From Mobula hypostoma (lineage: Eukaryota): a stretch of 64,000 nt of DNA. Below the pieces are notes generated by a model. That model saw only the letters and a program-made list of their open reading frames with translations. It had not been told where the DNA came from and made no database searches. The stretch is from NCBI RefSeq assembly GCF_963921235.1, contig NC_086097.1:126234001-126298000 (forward strand). Direction: 5' to 3'. Shown in pieces: positions 12,001-23,800 of this stretch (the first letter of the stretch is position 1; the number at the start of each line of letters is the position of its first letter). Made by a program: the position numbers and the translations under genes.

Positions 12001-12644
12001 ACTGGTAGTTTGTTCGCTCCTATAAATCAGTAGGCAGCACGTAAAGGGAAGTTGTGGGAGGTGTTTCGGAAGGGAGAGGCTGACATCACAGCCCAAGTTG
12101 GGCAAGTCTATTCAATGCTCAGAAAACACATTTCACGCTCCTCTTCGGCTTATTGTCCTCCCTTCCATCCAATACACTGCTCATCAATTATGGCCTCCCC
12201 ATCTCATGTTAAAAACTGAGAAAGGACTCAACCAAATAAACACAATCCAACTGAGCACTGCCATACTGTGCTGAGATTGCTAGTGGGGCTATTCAGTCAC
12301 TGCCTACCACTGCGAGTGCTAGCATTGCCCATTACGCGAAGTTCAAATACTGCTGGATGTTTTAAGTAGTCATATTGCACTGTCAGATATCCAAAAGCAC
12401 TTAAAATGCTAGTCTATGTTGGCAAAACTAAGGGAGGGGCATTGCTGGCTCTCAAATTTTAGGATAAAAGTTTCTCCATTGTGTTGGATCCTGCCATTAT
12501 TGAGAACATTAACGTACTTGAATGCATGAGGTTAGGGAGGAAAAAATCCTGTGCATCTGAACGTGACCACACCATGGACTAATGCAAGCAAAATCTACAC
12601 AAATAATCTTTATTAATATTTCTTCCATTTTACCTCCATTCAAG

Positions 12645-12737
12645 GTTGATATACGAAGATTCTGATTGTGGCCTATATAATGTGACATTGTTCAGGAAGG
12701 CAGTTGATGACTTTCGACTGAAGGCCAGGGAGAATAA
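12645..12737 (+). CDS. ATP6V1C1: V-type proton ATPase subunit C1, internal coding exon (93 bp)
   Basis: caag|G TTG ATA...AAT AA|gtaag; encodes (K)[30 protein letters not shown](K). Confidence 0.95.
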
Positions 12738-12824
12738 GTAAGAATTCCTGGTTGAATAATTTCTATTAGAGTTATGCATATTTAAAAACCTGATACATTC
12801 AGCTTTCTCTTGCTTTCTTTCCAG

Positions 12825-12918
12825 ATTTATCGTGCGGGATTTCCAGTATAATGAGGAGGAACTGAAAGCAGATAAAGAAGAGATGACTCGTCTTTCAACT
12901 GACAAGAAAAAACAGTTT
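12825..12918 (+). CDS. ATP6V1C1: V-type proton ATPase subunit C1, internal coding exon (94 bp)
   Basis: ttccag|A TTT ATC...CAG TTT|gtatgt; encodes [31 protein letters not shown]. Confidence 0.97.
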
Positions 12919-13084
12919 GTATGTATTTAAGTCTATGGCAGAGCAGATTTGATGGACCAAATAGTCCCATCTTATGTCTCTTATGTCTAACGGTCATTCC
13001 AAGACATGTAATTCTTTTGAGTGAAGAAATTCTTTTAAGACTTAATTGACACTCGTTATGTAATTTTACTCTCTTGTCTTAATC

Positions 13085-16000
13085 ATAGTTATAGAAAAGT
13101 ACAGCACAGAAGCAGGCCCCTTGGTCCATCTAGTCCATGCCGAAACATTTAAACTGCTTACTCCCATCAACCTGTACTGGAACCAGAGCCCTCCATACCC
13201 CTCCCATCCATGTACTTATCCAAGCATCTCTTGAACATTGAAATTGAGCTCGTATGCACCACTTGTGTTGGCAGCTCTTGCACACTCTCACAACCCTCTG
13301 AGTGAAGAGGTTTCCCTGCATGTTCCTCTTAAACTTTTTACCCTTAACCTATGACCTCTAGCTGTAGTTCCACACAACCTCGGTGGAAAAAGCCTGTTTG
13401 CATTTACCCTTTCTATACCCCTCATCATCTTGTATACCCCTATCAAATCTCCTCTCAATCTTCTACATTCCAAGGAATAAAGTCTTAACCTAGTCAATCT
13501 TTCCTTATACTCAGGTCCTCCGGTTCTGGCAACATCCTCATAAAATTTTTTTGTACTCTTTCAACCTTAATTACATCTCTTCTGTAGGTAGGTGACCAAA
13601 ACTACACACAATACTCCAAGTTCAGCGTCACCAATGTCTTGTACAACTTCAACATACCATCCCATCTCCTGTTTTCATTCTTTGATTTATGAAGGACAAT
13701 GGGCTAAAAGCTTTCTTTATGACCCTATCTACCTGTCTCGCCACTTTCAATGAATTATGGACCAGTATTCCTAAATCCCTTTGTTCTATCACACTCCTCA
13801 GTGCCCTACCGTTCATTGTGTAAGACCTACCCTGGTTGGTCCTACTGAAGTGCCTCTATTTAAACTACCAGTGAGATGTCGCATATGTTTGGTAGCATCA
13901 CCTTAAATAGAAATTTTCCATATAGCCAACATCCACTGCCTTGCTTTCATCAACTTTCCCTGGTAAGTTCCTCAAAAAACTTAAGGTTGGTTGGTTAGAT
14001 ATGACCTACACACGTGTTGACTATCCCTAATCAGTCCTTGTGTATCCAAGTACTGATAAAACTGGTCCCTCAGAATACCTTCCAATAATTTTCCCACAAC
14101 TGATGTCAGGCTCACTGACCAATAATTTCCTATACACTAGAAAATCTGCAGATGCTGGAAATCTAAGTAACACACACAAAATGCTGGAGGAAATCAGCAG
14201 GCCAGACAGCATCTATGGAAAAGAGTAAACAACGTTTCGGGCTGTTCTGTTGCATCTCAAACAACAGAACCCTAGACTATTGAGCTGCCAGTCCTACCCC
14301 TCCTGCAGCCAAGTCTCACTAATAGCTACAATATCATAATTCAATGTGTTGATTATTGTCCTGAGCTCATATGCCTTTCCTACAATATATGCGCAGATCA
14401 GGACATTAGTTGCACCATGCTCAACCTTTTTATTCCTGACTTTGTCTGCGGGTCTTAATAATATTTGTCTTCACAACTCTCCACCATCTCTACTGACACT
14501 CTGGTTTCCATCCCCCTGCAACTCTAGTTTAACCCCTGCCCACCCCATGCCATACTAACAAACCTTCCCACTAGGATATTTGTCCCTCTCCTAATCCACC
14601 TATGGTCTTTTATTAGCTCTCCTCCATTATGTCCTGTTTAAGTTTAGAGAAAATAAGAAGTCGGACATTTGATACATCTTTTAAATTTGAGCAAATCTGG
14701 CAACATTTTATTCAATATTTTCATTTAATTTGATTTATTACTCTTTCAATCTTTTTTTCTGAAGTTTTAGATTTGATCAGAAAGTCTTTCTTTTTTTTTT
14801 TGGTCGTATCCTCAAAATGGGCTACCCAGTCCCGTTTTTTGTTTTTTAGTGTAGTGGTTTTTAAAAATTTAAAACCCAATGTTTTTTCGTTTCATAAACT
14901 GATAAGAGGAGAATTGTTATTTTCATTTTTTATTACATATTTTATACTAGTTTAACAATATCTATGATTTTGACAATGTCTATCTTAATCTCGGTTTATA
15001 TTGTTACTGATATATATATTTTTTTTTTGAGATAATTCTCCTCTTGTTGTATTTATGCTCCTTTTAAATCAATAAAAAGATTAATAAATAAAGAAAGGAT
15101 ATTTGTCCCTCTCTAGTTCAGGTACAAACTGCCTGTCTCTCCCTGGAAGAGACCCCAATGATCCAAAAATCTGATGCCCTTCCTCCTACACCAACTCCTT
15201 AGCCACATGTCAAACTGTATAATCTTCCTCTTTCTGGGCTCACTAGCATGTGGCATGGGTGCAATCCTGAGATTACAACGGTGGAGGTCCTACCTTTTAA
15301 CTTAGCACCTAACTCCATGAACTCACTTTGCAGAACCTCGCCACTCTTCCCACCTGTTCCATTAGTATCTACGTGGACCACGGACTCTGGCTGTTCACTC
15401 TTCCACTTAAGAATGCTGAGGACTCAATCTGAGATGTCCCTGACCTTGGCACCTAGGAGGCAACATACTATCTGGGCATCTCATTCTCATCCACAAAACC
15501 ACCTCTCTGTTCCTGTAATTAACGAATCCCCTGTCACCACAGCTTGCCTCTTCTCCTTCCCTTCTGAGACACAGAGCCAGACTCAGTGCCAGAGGCTTAA
15601 TCATTGTGAATTGCCTTTGCTAGATCATCTCCCCTCTACAGTATCCAAAGTGGTGCACCTGTTGTTTAGAGTGATGGCCACAGGGGTACTCTGCACTGGC
15701 TGTTTAACCCTTTCCCTGTCCTGACTGGCACCCAGTCTCCTGTGTCCTGCGCCCTGGGTGTAAGTACCTTGCTATATGTCCTATTTGTCATCCCCTTGGC
15801 CTCACGAATGATTCGGAGTTCATTCAGTTGCTGCTCCAATTCCTTAATGTGGAGTGTTAGAAGGTGCAGCTGGATGCACTTCTCGCGGGTGTAATGGTCG
15901 GGGACACTGGAGGTCTCCCTGCCTTACCACATCCTGTAAGAGGAGCATTCAACTATCCTGGCTGGCATCCCTACTGCTCTAATTGAGTATAAAGAAGGAA

Positions 16001-16200
16001 AAAAAATAAACTGGGGGAATAAAACCTATTTACAGCTTTTTTGCTTTCTCTTACTCAAGCCTCTCCTTGCGAAAGCCTCAAATTCCCTACTCCAATACTG
16101 TCCACTCCAAAAATGGCCGCTCCACATCTCTGCCTTATTTTAATTTGTTCTTTCCAATCAATCCCAGTTGTTGACTGGTCACTGCTCAAAACTCCAAACT
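13085..16200 (-). mobile_element. Internally deleted CR1 LINE (3' RT end, ORF2 pieces, ORF1 esterase region) with nested inserts
   Basis: ORF 13288..13497 has YSLECRRLRGDLIGVYKMMRG; ORF 15199..15381 resembles ORF1. Interrupted by a PLE end (~14135-14245) and by an L1 (14591-15095). Confidence 0.75.
14591..15095 (+). mobile_element. L1-clade LINE 3' end
   Basis: Encodes ..SLEKIRSRTFDTSFKFEQIWQHFIQYFHLI*, followed by a T-rich UTR, AATAAA and an A-rich tail. 18-bp TSD AGGATATTTGTCCCTCTC at 14573-14590 and 15096-15113. Confidence 0.8.
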
Positions 16201-16393
16201 GCTGCAAGTCAATGCCTTATGTACTGAATTAGCGAACCTGAGTGGGCTACATCTTCTCACGCTTATGATCTCTGATTGGCTACTGCTTTTATATATATTA
16301 AAAAAAAGATTGCTCTGGTCAAGCCCTTTAAGAATATTGTGTTTCAGTAAGATCAGCACTCTTCTGATTATAAATGAGCGCAAACTGAACACG

Positions 16394-16395
<2 letters not shown>

Positions 16396-16433
<38 letters not shown>
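16396..16433. repeat. (TA)n microsatellite
   Basis: Directly visible. Confidence 0.95.
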
Positions 16434-16437
<4 letters not shown>

Positions 16438-16924
16438 GTAGTTGTACTTAAAAGAAAATGTCATTCCCTCCATAACCAGAAACATTGTTGTGAAACATTG
16501 CTGAACTGCCTCCAGTGATGATAAATCTTGAATAAAAGAAACAAATCTGAACAGTGTTGTCCTCATTAATGCCTTTGCAGCTGTTTTTTAGACTTAACTA
16601 CCTCAGTACTCCATCCCCTTTGAAATAAAAACCATCATTTTCTTATTCTAATAACCTGCACGATACCCAGGATAGTCCAATTTTCCAGCATTTGGCCCAT
16701 GACCTTCTAAACTTTTTCTATCTATATACCTGTACAACTATCTTTTAAAGGTTGTTATTGTTCCTGTCTCTACCATTTCCTCCAGCAGCTCATTCTACAC
16801 ATGTTCCACCCTCTGTATATAATTAAAAAGTTGCTTTCAGGCTTCTGTTAAATCTTTCCCTTCTTCCCTTAAACCTAAGCTAGCAAGCCATCAGTGTTTC
16901 ATGTACAAGAACACCCAAATTATC

Positions 16925-17230
16925 GGTGGCAAGGTAGCGTAGCAGTTAGTGCGTTGTTTTACAGCACTATTTGTAAGATTGAAATTTGATTCCTGCCAAT
17001 TCTGTCAGGAGTGTGTATGTTCTCCCTGTGACTGCATAACTTTCCTCTGGGTGCTCTGGTTTTCTTCCATATTCCTAAAAACATATAGTTAGGATGGTAT
17101 GTAGTGGGCATACTGTGGTGGCACAGGAAACATGGCGACACAGCATGGGCTGCAAAGCACAACTTTGCTGGTTTGAGTTGATGCAAGCAACTTATTTCTC
17201 CATATGATTCGACGTACAGGTCTTTAATCT
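16925..17230 (+). mobile_element. tRNA-derived SINE
   Basis: Head GGTGGCAAGGTAGCGTAGCAGTTAG (A-box-like) with a degenerate B box; aligns to the copy at 26716-27030. Confidence 0.65.
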
Positions 17231-18848
17231 TATGATCTTTAAAAAAATCACCTCATGTTCAGTTTTCTGTTTAAATAATGTTAAATATTCATCTTTCTAA
17301 AGTTAACAGATTCCCTTTCACACACAATACTTCGTTTGTCAACTTTTTGCTCTCTTATTTAACCTATGAATATCTCACTGTATCATCCTCAAGCTTACTA
17401 TTCTACCCAACTGTATTTCATTTGCAAATACAGTGCATCTACTGCCTTGAGATCATGAATATACAGGTGCCACCCTCCCCCCACATTACAGCTGTTTAAG
17501 TAACAAATTTGTCATTACAGAATTTATCATTTGCTTCCCAAAAATTTTAATTTAAGGAATAAAATTTGCTGTTACAGAATTTGTGGGGGCAAAAAAACAA
17601 GTGTGTGCAATTGTGTTTTTATTTAATTTGCATTTCTTGACCTATTTGATTCTGATAATTGTGATTATAAAGTTGTAGAAAACTACAGCACAGAAACAGG
17701 CCCTTCAGTCCATGTAGTCTGCCCAAATTATTATTCCGACTAGTCCCATTGACCTGCACCCATACCCTTCCCATCCATGTACCTACCCAAATTTCTCTTG
17801 AGTGTTGAAGTTGTACCTGCATCTACCAATTCTGCTTGCATCTACTTCCACATTCTCACCACCCTGAGTGAAGAAGTACACCTTCAGGTTCCCCTTAAAC
17901 GTTTCACCTTTCACCCTTAGCCCAAGACTTCTAGTTCTAGTTTCACCCAACCTCAGTGGAAAAAGTCTGCTTGCATTTACCTAATCTATACCCCCCCCCC
18001 CCCCCGGTAATTGTGAATACCTTATGATCTGTTTTCAAGGAGCACAGACCTCTTCCGTCCATCATGCAGGGGTCACCCATATGTGTCGCAAACGGTTGTT
18101 GTGTCAGTACTGATCCTTGCAGCACTCAGTTTGTTACAGGCCATGATCCGAGAATGACTATTCAGCAATGAGTTTTGAGGTTTGCACAATTAAAGTGAAG
18201 AAAATGCAGTTTCTGAAAGCCCTGAAAGTCAGCACTCATTTTCTTGAATATTTAATCCCTGGATGAAAGCTGTTTTAAGTTTGGAACTCTGCTGCATTAG
18301 ATCCACCTGAAACCAGCTGCCCATATGTGCATTTTGATTTGGTATTCTTTCTTGTCAGCAGAGCAAAGTCAAAGTAGATTTATTATCTAAATATGTACAT
18401 GTTACCATATACTACCTTTAGATTCATTTTCTAGCAGGCATTTACAGGAAAATAAAGAAATACAATAGAATTTATGAAAGAAATACATTAAAGTCTGACA
18501 AACAACCAATATGCAAAAGAAGATGATACAATTTTAACAAATAGTGATACATGATTTATATTTGGTTCTTTGTAATTTGGATTATTTTTATTTGGGATTA
18601 TAAAGAAAAATGGGTATCATAACCACAATATATGCTGCATGTACATCTAATAGAGGCATGCAAAATCTGACTACACGGTGCCCTTGAACTTGAGAGAATT
18701 TCAATAATGTTTCTGCAGTTCACCAAGGTGCTGATGAATGTTAACCAACATAGTACTCTTGAAGTTAATTGTGCCTTTGATGTGATGCAACAAGTACAAA
18801 AATACCCAACCACAAGCATTGTATCTTAACATAGAAGTTCAACTTTTA

Positions 18849-19045
18849 AGCAACACACATCATAGTTGCTGGTGAACACAGCAGGCCAGGCAGCATCTCT
18901 AGGAAGAGGTACGGTCGATGTTTCAGGCCGTGACCCTTCGTCAGGCCCTCTTCCTAGAGATGCTGCCTTGCCTGCTGCGTTCACCAGCAACTTTGATGTG
19001 TGTTGCTTGAATTTCTAGCATCTGCAGAATTCCTGTTGTTTGAGC
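18849..19045. mobile_element. Mini fold-back PLE-end element with an antisense hammerhead remnant in the loop
   Basis: 62-bp inverted arms at 18848-18909 and 18947-19008 (3 mismatches); 10-bp TSD TCAACTTTTA at 18839-18848 and 19046-19055. Confidence 0.85.
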
Positions 19046-19747
19046 TCAACTTTTACATCATTTTATGTGAGTTACTCTGGATTTCTAGCATCTGCAGGAT
19101 CTTTTATGTGATGCACTGTGATGTTTGTTTAAATTAGTTAAAAAATTAAACTATCAAGAGCAATCTTTAATACCAAGTAAATTACCATTTCAGTTTAATT
19201 TGGAGTATTGATTTTCTGTGACATTCCTTGGGGTGAGTTGAGAAAAAGAGCAATGTCTATCTTATATAGAAATAGCGGATAGAAAAATAATTGGACATGG
19301 GCAGAGAACTGGGCTAAATAAGATGACAAGATGAGGTGGGCGGTACCTGTTTTAAGGAAACTTGAGGGAAAATACTAAGCAGGCCACAAGAACATATAAG
19401 AAGCCGTTCACAAAGCATGCAAGGGGCTAGCTGATAGTGCAGAGTAGCCCAGCCCTACATTCAATAAAGTGGGAAGGTAATGGACAAAAATGCCATTTGT
19501 GCCTACGGATAACAGAAAATAGGATGAAGATCAGAGGAGGAGCCTTGATGCATTTATATTCAGCTAGCACTATATATTGCCAGAGCCTGCGAACATGTAA
19601 GCATGTTTCCAAGGATCACCTAGGAGCTAGTGTAAAGGAAGCCAGCAGAGGTAGACATCCAATCAAATGTAAAATTTTGGAACAGAGAGTGGCTGATAAA
19701 TAGCAAAATCCTTTTTTTTTCAACTTTTAATTTTTTTGAAAGATATT

Positions 19748-19975
19748 GAGCAGGCCAGGCAGCATTTATGGGGAAGAATAAATAGTCAAACATTTCAGGC
19801 AGAAACCCTCATCAAGTCTGAAATGTCAACTGTTTATTGAGTCTGATTAAGTGTCTCAGCCTGAAACATCAACTGCTTATTCCTCTACATAGATGCTGCC
19901 TGACCGGCTGAGTTCCTCCAACATTTTTTATGTGTTACTCTGGATTTCCAGCATGTGCAGAACCTCTCCTGTTTA
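19748..19975. mobile_element. Older fold-back PLE-end element
   Basis: Inverted AGCAGGCCAGGCAGCAT...ATGCTGCCTGACCGGCT arms around decayed hammerhead remnants. Confidence 0.65.
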
Positions 19976-21111
19976 ACAGAATTTTGTTTTTGAAGGGAAC
20001 CTAGAAACAAGGCAAAAGTAGCCATTATGTAAACATTATGCTTCTATGTTAGGATGCAATGTTTGTGATTGGGTATTTTACTATTGATCAAAAAATGATC
20101 CTGCTATTAGTTGACATCTTACAAGGTGTATCAGTTCCACAGCTAGAAGTTCAACTACATTGAAATCTGAATAAATTTAATCAGATTGTGGGAGTTATTT
20201 TTTTGGATGAGGGTGAGATGAGCAAAATTACTTGGCACCATACTACATCTATGTGATTGTTTTGCAATTTCAAATGTTTAGATAAACACTTGCTAATTAT
20301 CTTTTATAGCTATGCCCTCTGGAAGGCTAAAAGTAGGAAATGAATGAGAATATAAAATTGACTTTGCTACATCTAATTGTGATACTAGGATAAGTTAAAA
20401 TAAGGGGTTGTTTCATATTTAGCAATAATACTGTACATACTGTCTTGTGCATCTTAATTGAAAATTATCTGAAGTGTTTTTTAAACAGTTAAAACTGAGT
20501 CTGTTCTGCCATTCCATCATGGTTGATTTATTATCCCTCTAAACCCCATAGTCTGCCTTCTCTGTTTAACCTTTGATGCCCTTACTAATCAAGAACCAGT
20601 CAACCTCTGCTTTAAGTATTTATTTATTTAATTTACTGATGCACTACAGAGTGGCCCTTCTGGCCCCTCAATCCATGCTGCCCCAACAACCTAATCACAG
20701 GACAATTTACAATGACCAATTACCTACCCACCATGTCCTTAGACTGTGGGAGAAACTGGAGGACCTGGAAAAAACCCACACATTTCACAGGGACTCATTG
20801 CTGAGCAGCGTCGGAATTGAACTCTGAACTCTGGAATTCTCAAGCTGTGATGGTGTCACGCTAACCACTACATTACTGTGACGCCCAGTGAAATAGCCTC
20901 CCCAGCCTTCTATGGCAATGAATTCCACAGATGCACCCCCCCCAAAGAAATTCCTCCTCATCTCTGTTCTAGAGGGACGTCTTTGTATATTGAGACACTC
21001 CCGCTATAGGAAGCATCCCTTCATCTTCAATGCCTAGATAGAATGCATAAACTGTATAAAATGTATTGCAATGAACTATTTCCTCAAATGTGTTGTACTG
21101 TTTATTTGTAG

Positions 21112-21209
21112 GGTCCTTTGGTGCGATGGCTGAAAGTTAACTTCAGTGAGGCTTTTATTGCATGGATTCACGTGAAAGCCTTACGAGTGTTTGTAGAGTC
21201 TGTTCTAAG
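21112..21209 (+). CDS. ATP6V1C1: V-type proton ATPase subunit C1, internal coding exon (98 bp)
   Basis: ttgtag|GGT CCT TTG...CTA AG|gtactg; encodes [32 protein letters not shown](R). Confidence 0.97.
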
Positions 21210-21335
21210 GTACTGATTACTAATTTGAAACTTCACAGTGCAAATGCTATTATACAATAAGTTTTTAATGTTATCAGTTTAATTCTTAGTTGTAAATCAA
21301 AGTATAATGTTTGTGCTTGGATATTTCATATTCAG

Positions 21336-21610
21336 GGTACTGTAGTGGTTAGCACAGTGCTATTACAATTCAGGGCGTTGTAGTTCAGAGTTCAATTCCG
21401 ATGCCATCTGTAAGGAGTTTGTACTTCCTCCCCATGGCTGCATGGGTTTCCAGGTTTACTTCCACATTCCAAAGTCGTACTGATTATTAGGTTAACTGGT
21501 CATTGTAAATTGTTCTGGGTTTTGGTTAGGGTTAAATAGGTGGTTTGCTGGACAATGTGGCTTGCTGAGCCGGAAGGGCCTGTCTGCGCTGTATCTCTAA
21601 ATAAATAAAT
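21336..21610 (+). mobile_element. tRNA-derived SINE with a CR1-like tail
   Basis: B-box-like GAGTTCAATTCC; tail GAAGGGCCTGT..GCTGTATCTCTAAATAAATAAA. Confidence 0.65.
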
Positions 21611-21891
21611 ATACATTTGCTACTGATCAGAAACCACTTCAGCACTCGTACTTGACAGGTCAATTAAGGTAAATCAATTAAGGTTTTCTGATTTTGTATT
21701 TTTCTTCTAGGGTCTAAATCATTGTCAGAATTTCTAACATTTGTGGTCAACATAAACTTGGGAGAGGTAGCACTCAGAACAATTTACCAGCAGTTCACTT
21801 GTACTGAAATGCAAAAAAGTTTAATGAAATTGTTAAAAGGAAAGGCAAATCCTGTTGCAGAGCAATTTGGAGATGACATTATTTCATCTTC

Positions 21892-22143
21892 TTTCCTTAC
21901 GTACATAAGCCCATCACCCCTATTGATGCATTGGCTGCCAACAGCATCTTGCCAATGTCCTCAGTCTTGGGCTAGTTTTTCAAATTGTTCCATCTTTGTG
22001 GTGTCCTTCGTCTCCCACGGATGAGATCTTTGGTGCTGCTGTTGGTGTTTCTGTAGCTCTGGGTTTTTGGAGATGGGGTTGCTAGTCCCATGCCCAATCC
22101 TCCTCCTTTTCTAGCTGGGCTTGGGACCATCCATGGCAGAGTT
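21892..22143 (-). mobile_element. Short non-autonomous RTE-type retroelement headed by a twister-like motif
   Basis: Flanked by TTATT(T/C)CATCTTC at 21879-21891 and 22142-22154. The 5' part resembles an RTE 5' UTR; the 3' part resembles an RTE ORF end (..AQD*GHWQDAVGSQC..). Confidence 0.65.
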
Positions 22144-22144
22144 A
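22091..22144 (-). ncRNA. Twister ribozyme-like motif (P1 type; 5' P1 strand absent, slightly decayed)
   Basis: Minus strand reads U^AA-CUCU-GC-CAUGGA-UGG-UCCCAAGC-CCA-GCUAGAAAA-GGAG-GA-GGA-UUGGGCA. Conserved UAA, UCCCAAGC loop and GA; P2 = CUCU/GGAG; P4 = UGG/CCA. Confidence 0.72.
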
Positions 22145-23199
22145 TTCCATCTTCCAGTATTTGCATATTCAGAGCTGTTTTGGATGCTTAGCTTTTGTAC
22201 TTCTGTTTCTTTCACTTTAATTTTGAGTTGGATTATATTTGCTGAATGACATCCTAAACTGAATATTCTTAGAAAATGATTTTAATTAGTAGAGTAATGT
22301 CAATGCAATTAAATGTGAGTTGAAGGAGAAGTTGTACTTTTTTTTCAAATGCTTGTAAATTGTTGAGTGCTATCCTACCAAGTTTGTTGACCACAAATGT
22401 TAGAAATTCTGTCAATGATTTAGACCCTAGAAAAAAATTATAAAATGTGAAAAGCCCGCACTACACTAATCCTTGTGAGATCGCCTTGTCTTCTGATTAT
22501 CTCTACCCTGTGCTTTCAGTTAGCTACCTATTCTGCTTCCTGTCCCTTAACTTTATTTTTCTGTCCCTAACTTTATTTTGAACATGAAGGTTTTTATGCA
22601 GTACCATAAGGCCTTTGTCTTCAAATGATCAACTATTCCATCTTCTTATATTCAGCTTATTTCCTTCCCATTAAATGTTTAGGGGTTTAGTGAGTTGTGA
22701 GACCATAAGACCATAGAAGCAGAATTAGGCTATTTGGCCCATTGAGTCCGCTCCACCATTCCACCATGGATAATTTATTATCCCTCTCAACACCATTCTC
22801 CTGTCTTCTCCCTATAATCTTTGACACCCTTACTAATCAAAAACCTATCAAACTCCACTTTAAATATTACCATGTCTATGGCAATGAATTCCATAGATTC
22901 ATCACCCTCTCACTAAAGAAATTCTTCCTCATCTCTGTAAGAAACATCCTTGTGAACTAAAATGTGCTGTTACTTGAAATAATCAAAAAGTGCCAGATCA
23001 CTACAGATAATTTTACAAAAGGGAATTTAATCTGGTATTCAAAGGATAAACATCTTTTCAGTTTCCAGTGTCAAATAATTGATCCATTGAGATTTTTTTA
23101 TCACTGTACTTTGCTATCAGCTTGTGGTTAAATCTAAAATCTTTAAATAGATCATGCCAGCTATCCATATTCCAGAGAATTGTAGTGTCTAAATTCTGG

Positions 23200-23800
23200 A
23201 GTCTGGCGTGGTAGGCTGCGTACTGTAACAGGACCCCCCTCTCCTACAGCCGAATCCTGATGGCTCTGGCTGCTCGGAGTGACTTTGACAGTAATCATGG
23301 ATCAGTGCTGGGGGTAATTTGATAGACCTCAGAGTCTCCTTAATAGGTTGACTAGAGTACAATGTCGAAACAGGGTTCAGACCAGGGTCCTAATCTGACT
23401 CCAGAGACTTGACCAAATCAGAGTCCAAATCTTCTTCTGTATCCTCAGATGACGGCAACAGGGCACTATGAATGGTCTTTGTCCTCCTGGGACTAGGCTC
23501 TGAGAATCTGAGTTTAGGAGCCTTGCCCTTTCACGGGACCTGTGACTGAGTCCCTCAGGCTTGGCTGCTAGGGCTCCGGAATTCTTGAGCACATCTTTGG
23601 TGGGTTATTTTTCTCGCTTGTCCCTTTCTCTGCAGTTCCAACACACCTCCGACTAGGCAGGGTCAGAACTCTCACAGTCCTGTTGAAATCTTCTCACTAT
23701 GGCTGGCCACAGCTGACGAGAGACTCCGATATCCTGCTGGGTCTGTGTTGGCTAAATCATACTGTGACAAGAGGCCTAGGTGAGGATGGTAAGGATCCAA
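23200..23800. mobile_element. Possible highly decayed Gypsy/chromovirus-like fragments
   Basis: Minus strand has PALIHDYCQSHSEQPEPSG followed by a purine tract GGAGAGGGGGG and TGTTACA; plus strand has a protease-like DILLGLCWLNH at ~23728-23760. Confidence 0.35.

Noticed and set aside
12919..21111. ATP6V1C2-type alternative exon, or calling the gene ATP6V1C2
   Set aside because: No such exon is recognisable, and the C-terminus DCNLLEFK is C1-type.
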